The notes under the pieces: generated by a model
The model's input: only the letters and a program-made list of their open reading frames with translations
What the model was told of the DNA's origin: nothing
Databases searched by the model: none
Position numbers and translations under genes: made by a program
Shown here: positions 52,007-63,915 of the stretch, piece after piece
Layout: every line of letters begins with the position of its first letter
Numbering within the stretch: position 1 is the stretch's first letter
NCBI GenBank assembly: GCA_051294375.1
Contig: CM119270.1
Location: 17,235,381-17,299,380 of the forward strand
DNA from: Paraspadella gotoi
Taxonomy: Eukaryota > Animalia > Chaetognatha
DNA length: 64,000 bases
Direction: 5' to 3'

Positions 52007-52128
52007 CGATCTTATAAACTTCGAAGATGCCACAATAATCGTCGAATTGCGTGTAGAGGAGGTTGAGCATGGTGACCACCTCCATTGGACTCAGTGAGGA
52101 GCAGATGGCGGTGAAGCCCACGATGTCG
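52007..52128 (-). CDS. GUCY1A: sGC alpha exon, cyclase domain
   Basis: caccag acceptor and G|gtgagg donor. (S)[40 protein letters not shown] contains the first metal-binding Asp. Confidence 0.95.
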
Positions 52129-52289
52129 CTGGTGAGCGGGGTGGTGGAGGAGGCGTGAGAGGGATTAAAAGTAAGGTAATTGGTATGGGAGGATGGAAAA
52201 GGGAATAGCGAGGTTTAAGTACTAACGTTTCACTAGTACGAACAATCGTTTTGCCAAATTTCGTCGCAAACTTTTTCGTCTAATCCTAC

Positions 52290-52420
52290 CTGAAGAGCAT
52301 GGTGACCTTGTCGATCTGAGTAGCGCGGATGGGAATGCCCAACCAAAGCTTCTTGGCGACGGATGGAGGGAAGATCATGTTGAGAAGCTCCACGTTTTTG
52401 CGTCTCTCCTCTTCAACTGC
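52290..52420 (-). CDS. GUCY1A: sGC alpha exon, coiled coil to start of cyclase domain
   Basis: cctcag acceptor and AG|gtagga donor. AVEEERRKNVELLNMIFPPSVAKKLWLGIPIRATQIDKVTMLF(S). Confidence 0.95.
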
Positions 52421-52815
52421 CTGAGGGTGAGTTAGGGGACATTTTAAGGTGAGGTAGACTCAAGTCAGGAAACCGTGAACAAAGTTTCACCTTTTATCGA
52501 ATGTGACGTAAAAATGCAAATTATGAGATTAAATTCCAAAGTTATCTGCCTATTTTTATGGTGAACTTAAACTCGTCTCGTTTTTATCATTATTGGATTG
52601 GCCTCTTTCTGACAAGTGATATCGAATAATCCCTGACATGATTGGCCTCTTCTATGGCAGTTTTGAGCCAGTCAAAAGCCAATTATTTCAGATCTTTCCT
52701 ATTTCCGTACCATACCTAATTGGCCTCATCTATATCTAATATCTATCCCTTACCCGCTTGGTCTCTCCCAAGTCCATCCCCAACACGATTGGCCTCTCCT
52801 ACGTCCAGCCCTAAC

Positions 52816-52949
52816 CTGATTGGCCTCTTCTATGGTGGACTTGAGCTTGTCCATCCTCCTCTTAAGTCCATCTTGAGCTTTCGTCTGCTCGTTGACCAAA
52901 ACGACGTCGCGCATGGCGTCGTGGAAAGGGATGTCGGAAAAGAAGAGGC
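52816..52949 (-). CDS. GUCY1A: sGC alpha exon, HNOBA end and coiled coil
   Basis: ccccag acceptor and CAG|gttagg donor. [45 protein letters not shown]; AQDGL is alpha-type. Confidence 0.95.
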
Positions 52950-53659
52950 CTGGGGGGAGTAGGGAAGGGGGCGAAGGGAAGGGGGGAAGTAAAGGGGTTG
53001 AGGGAGGGAGGAAATGAGGGGGGGAGAAGAGGCGGGAAAGGGAAGGTAGGGAGGTAGAGGATAGAATAAGGGGAAGAAGAATAGAATTGAGCGGGCGTAA
53101 AACAAAAAACTTACAATTTTTGAAAGTAATTCAAAGAAAAAATTCACGAGTGTAAAATGTAGAAAGGAAATATTTGGTGAAAACATTTCCCTCAAATTAA
53201 AAACCGAAAAATACCCTCCCGCTATATCATCACACACAAAAAAAAAAACCGCTCACAATATCATCGCAGAGAAATCAGAACTTTGGAATCGAAAACGGAT
53301 ATATTCACTGACTCGAGGAGAATATTCAAGAAATGAATTCTGACTCTCTCTTCGGTCGAGCCACCAATGGCTTCGGCCAATGAGACAATTACAATTACAA
53401 TTACTTAAATTATATTACAATAAGTAAAATAAAAAGGTGTGAATAGTTTTTTTTTCCGCTCGAATCGAAAGCAATTACGCGGTTCGATTGTGAAAGGTCG
53501 ACGAGTGAGGTCATCCCTTCCTGTTCCTTCGTGAATGACGAACTCACTCGGTCGAGCGTGAGCGTTCACGGAGGGGTAGTGGTGTTTTCGAGACAAAACG
53601 TAACATTGAGAAAAAAAAAACAAAACAAAAACAAAAACAAAACGAAACTGAGGATGTAC

Positions 53660-53726
53660 CTTTGCTTAGCAAGTCGTGGAGGCTTCCGACTTGCGGAGAT
53701 CCGAAGAAACCGATTACGTCAGTTTC
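53660..53726 (-). CDS. GUCY1A: sGC alpha exon, PAS/HNOBA
   Basis: ctctcag acceptor and G|gtacat donor. ETDVIGFFGSPQVGSLHDLLSK(G); phases fit both neighbouring exons. Confidence 0.88.
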
Positions 53727-54143
53727 CTGAGAGGAAGTAAAGAGAGGGAGGGAGGGAGGAAAGGAGCGGAGGGGATGGAGGAAGGAGAGGAGAAGAGGGG
53801 AAGTGGGGGAGAAAGGGAGGGAGGAAAGAAAAGGAGAGGGAGCGAGTGATGGAGGGAAGGGGTTAAGGGGAAGGGAGGGAGGAAGGAGAGGAAAAGAGGG
53901 GAAGGGAGGAAGGGAAGAAAAGAAAGGAGAACAGGGAGAGGAAGGGGGGGAGGAGAAGAGTGAGGGAGGTAGGAATGGAGGGAGGAAAGGAAAGGAGGAG
54001 AAGGGAGAGAGGAAGAAAGGAAAGGAAATAAAAGGTTAAAAAATGAAGACGAAGACATAGAGCGAAAAAATAAATGGACTAATGACAGGTTGTTTCAGCT
54101 GTGAAAAACCAGTTCGTTTCTCTGATGAGGTCTGTTTTCTAGA

Positions 54144-54248
<105 letters not shown>

Positions 54249-54293
54249 AAAGTTATCAGATCGTTTCTCGGATGTGGTCTCTTTTCTAGAATC

Positions 54294-54330
<37 letters not shown>

Positions 54331-55139
54331 CACTGAAAGTAATCAGATCGGATTAACTCCAACTAAAAAAAAAAGCTGAGAAAAGAGGATGAATAAAACA
54401 GCAAAATAAATGGAATCCTCAATCAATTCCGATAAAAAACAGAAACAGAAAAAAAAACAACAGAAAGAAACAAAAGAAACAAAAAACAAAACAAAACAAA
54501 AAATGGTTTCATTTTAGATTAAGATAAAAGGCGATTCTTTTTCTCGAGATGAATAAAAGGAAAAATCTCCCGCGGAGACGAAAAAGAAGGAAGAACAAAA
54601 GATTTAAAACGAAAATGAAATGACAGGAAACTGAGAAGAAATTTTTTTTTTAAAAAGAAAGAAACAAGAAAAGAAATATTGAAATAAAAAGGATAAGAAG
54701 ACGAAAAAAAAGGAGACGCCGCGAAAATGGAGAAGGTGATGGAAATCGGTACATGCGAAAGTGTTGTTGTTGTTGTCGTTGTTGCCTTAATCTCAACTTT
54801 ACTTTATATGAAATAGACTTTTGATTCAACGTAATAGAATTGAATGGAATTGAGGCCGTCAATCTAATTTGCATATAGTATTTCTTTTTCGTTAATAAAT
54901 ATTAAGTATGATTAGTGTCAAAAGTATATTTTTCAATCACTGTTTCTTTTTCGATACGTTTAAGTTAAAAAAACAAACAAACAAACAAACAAAAAAAAAA
55001 ACAACTACGTTTGGTGTTCATAATTTTAAAAAAATGGCATATTTGAAATTTTTATATATTCATTCGTCCGAAGATTGATCTAGATCCCTCCGTCTGCCCA
55101 TCATCCCCTCCACCACCAACCCATCCCCCCAACCATCAC

Positions 55140-55371
55140 CTGAATGAAGACCATCTGTCCCTTCAAGTCCATCTGCACGACTCCGCCCCCTTCCACCTTC
55201 AACACCCTCTCCTTGGTCACCATCACGAACTGTTGGTTGATCCTTCGCAAGACCGACTCGAAGCTCAACGTCGGGATCTTCGGGCTCACCACGTCGAAGA
55301 TGGTCTGGAGGCCGCGTGCTCCGGCTACGCGGCCCCGAGGGAACGACGGAGGCCGACCCGAGTTGACGGAC
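55140..55371 (-). CDS. GUCY1A: sGC alpha exon, PAS/HNOBA (apparent frameshift near 55325-55350, likely sequence error)
   Basis: tctcag acceptor and CAG|gtgatg donor. VRQLGSA...GLQTIFDVVSPKIPTLSFESVLRRINQQFVMVTK...MDLKGQMVFIQ contains the LKGQM motif. Confidence 0.88.
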
Positions 55372-56416
55372 CTGAGATCGGGGGAAGTGAGGGGTGAGGG
55401 TGGGGGGGGGTGGGGGAGCAGCGGTGGGACATCAGAGGGTGGGGTTTTGGGTTAAGAGTTAAAGAATTAAGATTCGAAGATTTGCATATTCGAAAATTGA
55501 AACCAAAAAAAAATTGGGGGTCCCCGATGACATGTTGCGATTAATTTTAATTAAAAAAAAAAAAAAATTCGGCATATTCACACCGCCTCAGTACCTTATT
55601 ATTTTTTAAATTTTCTTTAGTTTTTATATTCTTTTTAATTTGAAAAAAGTTGGGGGCATTCACCCCGCAATATAAAAAAAAACCCATTTATTTTACACCG
55701 AAATTTTTCGTGGTGAAAGTAAAAAAAAATTTTGAAAGCGGAAAAAAAAAACATTATGCAAATTTCACAAAATCACCGAAGCGATAATGAAATAAGGAAA
55801 CTCACCGAATTTCTAGGATAAAATTTTCCCCTCAGTTTCTTTACTCCCGTTCTAACTTTATTTTTTTTTTAGCCAAACGTTGATTATTTCTTTTTAAAAA
55901 ATGATTATTTTTTATTCCATTTTCATTTCTCTCGGGAGAACCGTGACAAGCGAATTTTTCCTCGGAACCTCCCACTCATCCTTCTTGACATGTTACCGGA
56001 ATAAAAATATTGCAAAAAAATATCATCCTCTTGGAGAATTATAATTAGTTTTCTCGGAATATTTTAAAAGTTTAAGACATACTTAACTTTCTATTACGTT
56101 CCACTTCTCCTGCTCCTCCTGACATCTCTTCACTTTACCTCCCTCCTCCCATACAAAATGTGCCAAAAACCGTATTCGTTTTTAGCCTCTCTCCTCTTTT
56201 TACATGAAGTTTTGTAAAAAAACCTTATTTTTTATATACTTCCTTTTCCTCCGGACGCCGGCCGGACTTGAGAACCACCTTCCATCACTCTTATACGAAG
56301 TGGGCCAAAAACTTTGCTTCGCAATACCTCCCTCCTCCTCTCATTCAAAGTAGGCCGAAAACATCCGTTTCGCTATACCTCCCTCACTCCTCCCTCCCTC
56401 CCTTCCTCAAACTCGC

Positions 56417-56768
56417 CTTCAAATTCCTATCGAAGACGACGTGAAAGGGAAAGGCCCTGGCGAAGGTTGCCGTGGAGACTCTGGAGACGCTCGTCCGCCT
56501 GACGGCCAACCTCGTCATCCGCGTCGAGGGTCGAGTAGATTCCGGCGACGACGACGACGATCTCTCGGCGTCGATGGCGGCGCCGCGATGGAACCGGCGC
56601 GGCGAACCGGCGCCGCGCCGGAGCGGGTCGGCGCCGCGACGATGGAGATCGGCGCCGGCGTCGACGGAAAGACCGAAGTTGACGTCGCGGAGACGAGAGG
56701 TCGTTGTTGAAGGGCGGGTGGAGGAGGAGGAGGAGGAGGTGGTGGCGGAGGTCGGAGCCACCTCCCAG
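56417..56768 (-). CDS. GUCY1A: sGC alpha exon, low-complexity linker plus start of PAS/HNOBA; GC donor
   Basis: ccacag acceptor, phase 2. Ends ...RVSTATFARAFPFHVVFDRNLK|gcgagt, with the FPFH motif. Confidence 0.88.
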
Positions 56769-57243
56769 CTGTGGGGAGAGGTAGGGAAGTGGAGGGAGAG
56801 GAAGGGAAGTGGGGGGAGAGGGGGCGAGAGGGAGGGAAGTGGGGAGGGGAAGAGGAGGACGAGGGGAAAAGGTGTTTTGTTTTGTATTTTCTTGTGTTTT
56901 GTTTTGATTTTATTTTTCCCCTCTTTTTTAATCTTTCCTCATCCCGTTTTGCGTCGTAATTTTTTTAGTTAATCCTGTCCAGTTATTATTAGTATAATTT
57001 AGTCCAGCCTTGTCTTGCCTTGCCTTGTCTTGTCCTTGTCTCATCTTGTCCTGTCCCCGTCTTGTCTTATCTTATCCTATTATTCTTTGCCTCCCCTTTA
57101 TTTTTATTCACTCAAAATATTTTTCATTTCACTTTCACTTTCATTATCGCTTCCCAGCCTTCGCTTACTCCCTTCCCTTCCCTTTTCTCTCCTCCACCCT
57201 CCCCTACTTCCTCCCCCCCTCTCTCCCCCCACTCCAACCTCAC

Positions 57244-57602
57244 CCCGCATCTTCGTGAATGGCCGGGCAACTCCCCCGATGCGTCCGCGAGGATCTCGGC
57301 GACCTCGAATTCCCCACGGCGCCGGTCGGCGTCTCGATCGACGCCTTCTTCGACGACGACGCCGAGGACGACGACGACGAGGACGGCGGCGCCGGCGCCG
57401 CTAGCGGAGGCGACGGCGCCGCCGCCGCGTAGGAGTGGGAGAAGGAGGAGCTGACGAAGTTGTTGGGGAAACCGCCGCCGCGGCTCCGCTGCGTCTTGCG
57501 ACCGCCGAGCAGCGAGTCCGGCATCGGCGGGCAGCACTCGACGAGGAAGGTGAAGTGGCGCTCCTTGCTGCGAGTGGAGACCGTGCTGTTGAGGAGGGTC
57601 AC
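57244..57602 (-). CDS. GUCY1A: sGC alpha exon, end of H-NOX-like domain plus Ser/Ala/Pro-rich linker
   Basis: ccaaag acceptor (phase 0) and GG|gtgagg donor (phase 2). VTLLNSTVSTRSKERHFTFLVECC...HEDA(G). GC-rich, phases fit both neighbours. Confidence 0.8.
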
Positions 57603-57779
57603 CTTTGGAAGAGGGTTGGGAGGAGGGCGGGGTAGGTGATGAATGCTAGAGGCGATCAATGAATAAAGGAATCAGTAAATGAACGAACGGACGAATGAAT
57701 GAATGGACGAGTGGGGAGAGAAATTAATAAACTGATAAATCTTACAAACAATAAAACAATAAACCAATTAGTCAATCGG

Positions 57780-57819
<40 letters not shown>

Positions 57820-57821
57820 AC

Positions 57822-57972
57822 CTGCAAAGGGTGATTGAAAATCTCTGCGGCAGAGGCGACGAATAGGCCGGAGATAAACTGCTCCGAATCCGGAGTCAAA
57901 GTGTAGCAGTGGATGTAGAATTTGTTGCGACTGAATCCCGATGGTCGAACGCAATGGAACGACGGAGGGGAT
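57822..57972 (-). CDS. GUCY1A: sGC alpha exon, H-NOX-like domain
   Basis: ttccag acceptor and CAG|gtatga donor. (R)SPPSFHCVRPSGFSRNKFYIHCYTLTPDSEQFISGLFVASAAEIFNHPLQ contains the H-NOX PSFxC motif. Confidence 0.85.
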
Positions 57973-58321
57973 CTGGAAGATGGAACAATTTAGATGGATA
58001 TTCTTTTTTGAGTTTAACGAGTTTTGGCAGAAACTGGTAAGAAACCTATTTAAGAATCGCATGTGTAAGTATTCTGCTACAACGTATGCTACAATGTATT
58101 TTTGCATCAATGGATAAATCGATCTATCAATCAATCGATCAAACAATCAATAAAGCAACAAAACGATCAATCAATGAATTCTATCGATCTATTGCCGAAT
58201 CAAACGGTCAAGCATTAAATCAATCGTTAACCGATAAATAAATCTACCGATGAAATAATCAATCACTCAATCAATTAATAAACGACATAAACAACCAATC
58301 AATCTTTCCATCATCCCTAAC

Positions 58322-58426
58322 CTTTTGGCGAAATGAGGAAGATTCTGGATGTAGCAATGAAGAGAGTCGAGGCTCGACCAAAACTCGAGGAAGGTTCCAC
58401 CGACGGAACGGAAGGATCGCCCGTAT
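58322..58426 (-). CDS. GUCY1A: sGC alpha exon, H-NOX-like domain
   Basis: ttcgcag acceptor and AG|gttagg donor. (R)YGRSFRSVGGTFLEFWSSLDSLHCYIQNLPHFAK(R) resembles the H-NOX GxxxxEFLxxLDxLH pattern. Confidence 0.88.
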
Positions 58427-58622
58427 CTGCGAAAGGAGACGAGATGGTCAATTGGCGGAGATGGACGAGATGCAATGATCAGTGTGCAATCAATAGCAAT
58501 ATCTTCGACTGGGAAATTGAATAAGAAGCTGACGTCGCTCTTCTTCTAGATTATTTTGGCTTTCTTGGGGCCAAGTTTTGATGTATTGTATTGCGACAAA
58601 AGATATGCAGCAGATGAATACA

Positions 58623-58903
58623 TTGGAGGCTTTCGATGTGGCTGCCAAAGAGGCTGCCCTTACCTCTGAATGCATAGCTGGAAGAACTCTTGACCCAGTT
58701 TCTCTTAGAGGCTTTCCATGTGGCTGCCAAAGAGGCTGCCCCTACCTCTGAATGCATAGCTGGAAGAACTCCTGACCCAGTTTCTCTTGGAGGCTTTCGA
58801 TGTGGCTGCCAAAGAGGCTGCCCTTACCTCTGAATGCATAGCTGGAAGAACTCTTGACCCAGTTTCTCTTGGAGGCTTTCGATGTGGCTGCCAAGGAGGC
58901 TGC
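58623..58903. repeat. 82-bp tandem repeat (about 3.4 units) made of an exon 3' end plus its splice donor
   Basis: Units start at 58623, 58705, 58787 and 58869. Each full unit carries ...CATTCAGAG|gta(a/g)gg on the minus strand. Confidence 0.95.
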
Positions 58904-58971
58904 AGGTGCGGCGGAGGATTCGGTCGAACTGCTCCTCTTCCTCCTCCCGACGATACTTGGCCGCGATCGAT
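58828..58971 (-). CDS. GUCY1A: sGC alpha exon, H-NOX-like domain (most 5' exon identified)
   Basis: ccacag acceptor and AG|gtaagg donor. SIAAKYRREEEEEQFDRILRRTCSLLGSHIESLQEKLGQEFFQLCIQ(R) has the H-NOX LGxEFFxxC pattern. Confidence 0.8.
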
Positions 58972-60561
58972 CTGTGGAGCGGAGAGGGGAAAGGTTGTGG
59001 GGATCGGGGATAGGGGATCGGAGGTCGGGGGACGGGGAATAAGGTTGGGAATTGATGGATGTTGATAAGTGATAAGTGGGCTGAAGAGTAAATTTCTAAA
59101 TTTAACACTAAATAAAATTCTAAAACTGAAGAACGAACAACTTACATAAAATTATTTTTTTTTACAAATTAATGTTCATTGATGGTATGTCGTTTATAAT
59201 TAACTTTTAGAATTTTCATACATAACTTTCACAACGCTCTACTGAAGAGTGCTATTCACAACCTTTTTAATCAATCTCGCAGCCAATGAACGGGTCCTTG
59301 GCTTGTTAGTTCGCCAAATAGAGTAAAAGTTAAAATATCAAATGATGAGGAGGCAGTAATCAAGTCCCAGGCACAAGACCGATAATCAGCAGCATCGTGA
59401 CACTCCAAATTTAAAGTTGCACATTCGACTCTGATTTGTGTCCCGCTGATTCTTAGAAGTAAGCGGGAAGAAGCTTCGAACACAACGTTTGTAAGTACGC
59501 ATTGTCTGATCCGCAGATCTGAAACTTGCGTGAAACGGTGAATTTTCACGGGCTTCGTTATCCATAATCAATAAAAACAATTAAATAGGCAAACTTGCTA
59601 TATTCCTCAAGTTAAGGCTTCCGGATCTGCTGAGATCCCTTCATCTAAAACGTCAATATCGCTCCGACGGGAAAAAGAGAAGATAACAGATAACGGAAAT
59701 CGGGTTTCTATCGAAAAAACATCAAAGTACCAATTTTTAATGCTCTTTTTTTTTGCCTCGTTACTTTGAAGAAACAGCACCAGAGAAAGAAAACACAATT
59801 GTGCCCAATATTCTGTATATTTTACTGTCGGTTGTCCCTAAGTCTCGTTTATGGCTAAATCGTGAGGCTTAAAGAAAAAAGAAATACACTAATTTTCTTC
59901 TTCTTCTTTTAATCTTTTCTCACTTAATCTATTTTTCTAATCCTCTTTAAACAAAATGAAAAATTTAGCAGTCGAACGGACGCACGGACAGACCGAAAAA
60001 ACTATTAAGCGGACATTGGGGCGGACGGATGCACGGACCAATTGACGAACGTTGGGTTTTCCACTGAGTATTGAGAAAGTTGCTTGGCTCTTTGAGACCA
60101 AGCTCGAGGACTAGCGAACGACAAGCATCACAATGAGATGAGAATGACGACGATAAACATAAAGACATAAAAGAGCTTGATGACTGTGATAATGATAATG
60201 ATAATGATGATGACGATGACGAAGATGATCACATAAACGAACCCAAAGATCAGAAAATCAATATCACAGACGACAATGGCGATTTCCATTACGACGAGGA
60301 TGCCCATGACATGGACGACGACGACGACGACGACAACGACAACGACGACGACGAAAACTACGACAACGACGACGACGACGACCACACAAGACGAAGTCCT
60401 GAACGATTGTCCTTCGCTGACCTTCAAGAGAGAAAAACGGAGCGCGTTCGACGACGACGACGATAACGACGACGACGAATAGAGACGAATGCTTCACCGC
60501 TTCTCATCCCAGAGGTCAAAGAGGTCAAAATTATTTCGAGAAGAAGTAGAAGACGATCGAG

Positions 60562-60834
60562 AAAACAAGATCGGTTCGTCCAATGTGTTGCGCCCCAGTG
60601 ACTTTATTTTCACGTGTATTTTCCTACGATCACATGACATAACTACAATAACTTTCTTAGCCTGTGTATTTATGACATGCACTGCATTGGAATCGTCTTT
60701 TGTTCTTTATAGTTTTAGGATTTTCCTGAAGCCGGACCTAGCAGCCACTTAGCAGCCACTTGGATTTTACTTTTTTTCCTGTCTTAACAAATTAGCAAAT
60801 TAGCAAATTATTAGCGGCGCAACTAAAAAAAAAA
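60562..60834 (+). mobile_element. DINE-1/HINE-like repeat, independent diverged copy
   Basis: aaacaagatcggttcgtccaatgtgttgcgcc...actacaataactttcttagc...gcggcgcaactaaaaaaaaaa. Clearly homologous to 20381-20669 but with different flanks. Confidence 0.65.
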
Positions 60835-61595
60835 GAGCCGACTCTAACTTGAGAGACAAGGAAACATGAAGGCAAAAGAATAGAGTCAATAGACTACAAG
60901 GATTTAAACGTCATCACAAGTGCAGGACGTAAAATAATCTTTTGAAAAATTTTTAAAAGAAAAAGCAGAAGCTACTAGCTATTTCGATAAATATTTTCTA
61001 TTTTTATCATTTTTTATCCCAAATTTTTATCTGTTTTTTTAACACTGATTAATCTGATGACATATAGAAGGAATTAGTATATGTCGAAATATCTATCAAG
61101 GATTATTTATAAAAATAATAAACTAATTGATAATTAAATTGTCTCATTACTGGCCACCGAATCTACTATTGGTTTAAATCATAAAATATTCGTACCCCTA
61201 AAGCAATATATACAAAGCGCGTCATGTTGATATTAATATTGAATGAGGTCATAGGATATGCCTCTGTACTGTTTTTTTTTTTTTGCCAAATAAAGAGTGT
61301 AAATTCTAAATGTAATTTTGTTCTCTCATAAAAAAAATGAAATAGTAACTCAAAACGCGTGATGATGAGGAGCAGAAGGGAAAGAGGGGAGGAGGAGGAG
61401 AAGATGATGAGAAAGGGGAGAGGAGGAGAGAGGAAGAGAAGGGCAGGGAGGAGGCAAAAAAAAAAAAAAAAACACGTTTTTTTCGCCTTGTGAGATGAAT
61501 TTCAAACTAAGAAATTTTTTTTTAGGTGAAATTCAAAGTCAAAAAGAAATTTTTTATTTTAGAGATCAGATGTGAAGCCAAGCAAGGATAAACCA

Positions 61596-61820
61596 TTTTT
61601 AGTTGCGCCGCGAGTAATCGCCTAGCGAATACGTAAGTCAATTTTCGGCCGATTTGGAATGCTCTTCTATTGCATCATTTTATACTATATTTAAAAAAAA
61701 AGTTTTGTAGTAGGAGACGCTCAATGTTTCTATATTTCATAATGTAGTTATACTGTAGTCTACTTAACATATTGAATTCGGCGCAATACGTTGAAATTGC
61801 CGTCTTTACTTTGGTCTTGA
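61596..61820 (-). mobile_element. DINE-1/HINE-like repeat, old copy in reverse orientation
   Basis: tttttagttgcgccgcgagta is the reverse complement of the family 3' end; cggcgcaatac near 61780 resembles the 5' inverted repeat. Confidence 0.45.
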
Positions 61821-62000
61821 TGTGTCATGGGAGGTGAGTAAGAAGATTAAATTTCCCCTTTTAAGACCCCGAAAAGGCACTGTGTTAAATCGTTATCATC
61901 ATTATTTTTATAATTATATTTATTACTATTATGGTGAGTATATATGCAATTTTTTTCTTTTATTAATTTCCTTTCACTGAAGTTTTTTTCAATTTTTATT

Positions 62001-62055
<55 letters not shown>

Positions 62056-62895
62056 CTCTTTCTTTCTTTCTTTCTTTCCTTTCCTCCTTTTTTCCTCTCA
62101 AGATGTTTTAGGTTCGTTTTTCTTCCTTCTTCTGTCATCACACGTCTCCGCCCTGCTTCATGTGAGTTCATTCCTCGACCTTCTTACGCCCTTCCTCTCT
62201 CTCTCAGTCTCTCTCTCTGTCTCTCTCTCTTTCTTTCTTTTTATTTTTGTTTCTCACTCTTTTTCGCTCTATTTCTCTCTTTCTATCTCACTGTCTCTTT
62301 TTCGATCTATTCGTTTTTTGGTTCTTTGTTTGTTTATTTATTTCTTTCTATCTTTCTTTTTTTCTTTCTTTATTATTTTTTTTTCTTTCTTTCTTCATTT
62401 TTTTCATTCTTTCTTTCTTTAGTTATTTAGTTATATTCTTTTTTCTTTGTTTCATTCTCTTTCTTTCCATTTCATCTTTCTATCCCACTTTCTATCTCGC
62501 TCCAGTTTTTTTTCCCAGTTTCTTTCTTTTTTCAAATCAGCCGCCATTTTTATTCTCTTACTCTAATCTTTCACTTTATCCTTTTCACAATTTTTTATTC
62601 TTTTATCTTTCACACTTTTTTCTTTTTCATCCTCTTATCGTTCGCAGTCATTTTTTGACGATTTCTCCAGCGAGTTGGGAAAAAGTCAGAGAGAGAGGGA
62701 GAGAGAGAGAGAGAGAGTTGAAGAGAAAGCGAGAAAAATAGTGATAAAAAAAGGAACATGTGAGGATGAAAGAAAGAAAAGAGGAAAGTATGAAAGAAAG
62801 AAAGAAAAAAATAAAGATAGATAGAAAGAAAGAAAGAAAGAAAGAACTAAAGAAAAGAATAAAAAAGAAATAAAGAAAGAAAAAAGAAAGTATGA

Positions 62896-62935
<40 letters not shown>

Positions 62936-63364
62936 AATAAAGAAAAAGAGAAAAGAAGAAAGAAAGAAAATATAAACGAATGAAAAATAGAAATAACGAA
63001 AGAAAACAGAAGGAAAGAGAGAGACGAGAGAAAGATAGAAAGATAAAGAAAGACAGATGAATAGAAAAATAATAATAGAAAAATAGAAAAAGAAAGAGAG
63101 AAAAGGACAGGAGAGGTAGAGAGAGAAGAGAGAGAGAGAGATGAGAGAGAAGAGAGAGATAGAGAGAGAGAGAAATGGAAGAGAGAGAGGAGAGAGAGAA
63201 TGAGAGAGAGAAAGATGAGAGAGAGAGAGAGAGAGAGAGATGACTCCCGTCCCTAAAGCCTCGCTATCCAACCCGAGCGCGCGCGCATACATTTCCATAG
63301 GAACGCGTTTCGCTACGCGATGCAAGGCCAGTCTCGCGGGATGAGAGGAGATCCCGACGTTAGC

Positions 63365-63367
63365 GCT

Positions 63368-63398
<31 letters not shown>

Positions 63399-63915
63399 AT
63401 GATTACGACATTTATGATTGTGATGTTGAAAGTGACGACGACCTTTATGACAGTGTTGCTGATAGTGACAAGGCGACGATGATGACGATGATAATGACGA
63501 TTTTGATAGTGATGTTTGCGTTGATGTTCAAGGTGACGATGATGACGATGATGACAATGACGATGACAGAATTTATTGATATCGATACTGAGAGTTATGT
63601 TGATGGTGATGATCAGAATGAACACGAAGATGACGATGATGACGACGACGACGTTTATGATAGAGATGATGATAGAGGAAAATGAGGCGACGTTAATGAA
63701 TGGGCGACGTGGATGTTGACTTGAAGTCACGACGAAAAAACGACGACGACACGACGACGACGACGATTGACTATTAAAGCGGCGACGACTGACGACGATA
63801 ATCCTAATTCTCTTCAGTTGGGTGAAGGCGTGACGAGGAAGGGTGAGCCAAGTGATTTTTCAGTTCACATGACGACGATGATGACGACGATAACGATGAT
63901 GATGACAACCGTGTC
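63365..63915. repeat. Degenerate (GAT/GAC)n low-complexity region
   Basis: Mixed gat/gac triplet runs. Confidence 0.8.

Noticed and set aside
55320-55371. sGC (and PITP exon 237-350) as pseudogenes because of frameshifts
   Set aside because: All other exons are intact with consistent phases and catalytic residues, and indel noise is pervasive in this assembly.
59100-62200. Search for the first coding exon(s) of sGC alpha
   Set aside because: No phase-compatible exon with recognisable homology found; it may lie outside the window or be too divergent.
62247-63240. Phe/Leu/Ser-rich membrane-protein-like and RE-repeat ORFs (also throughout the window)
   Set aside because: Translations of (CT)n, (CTTT)n and (AG)n low-complexity tracts.
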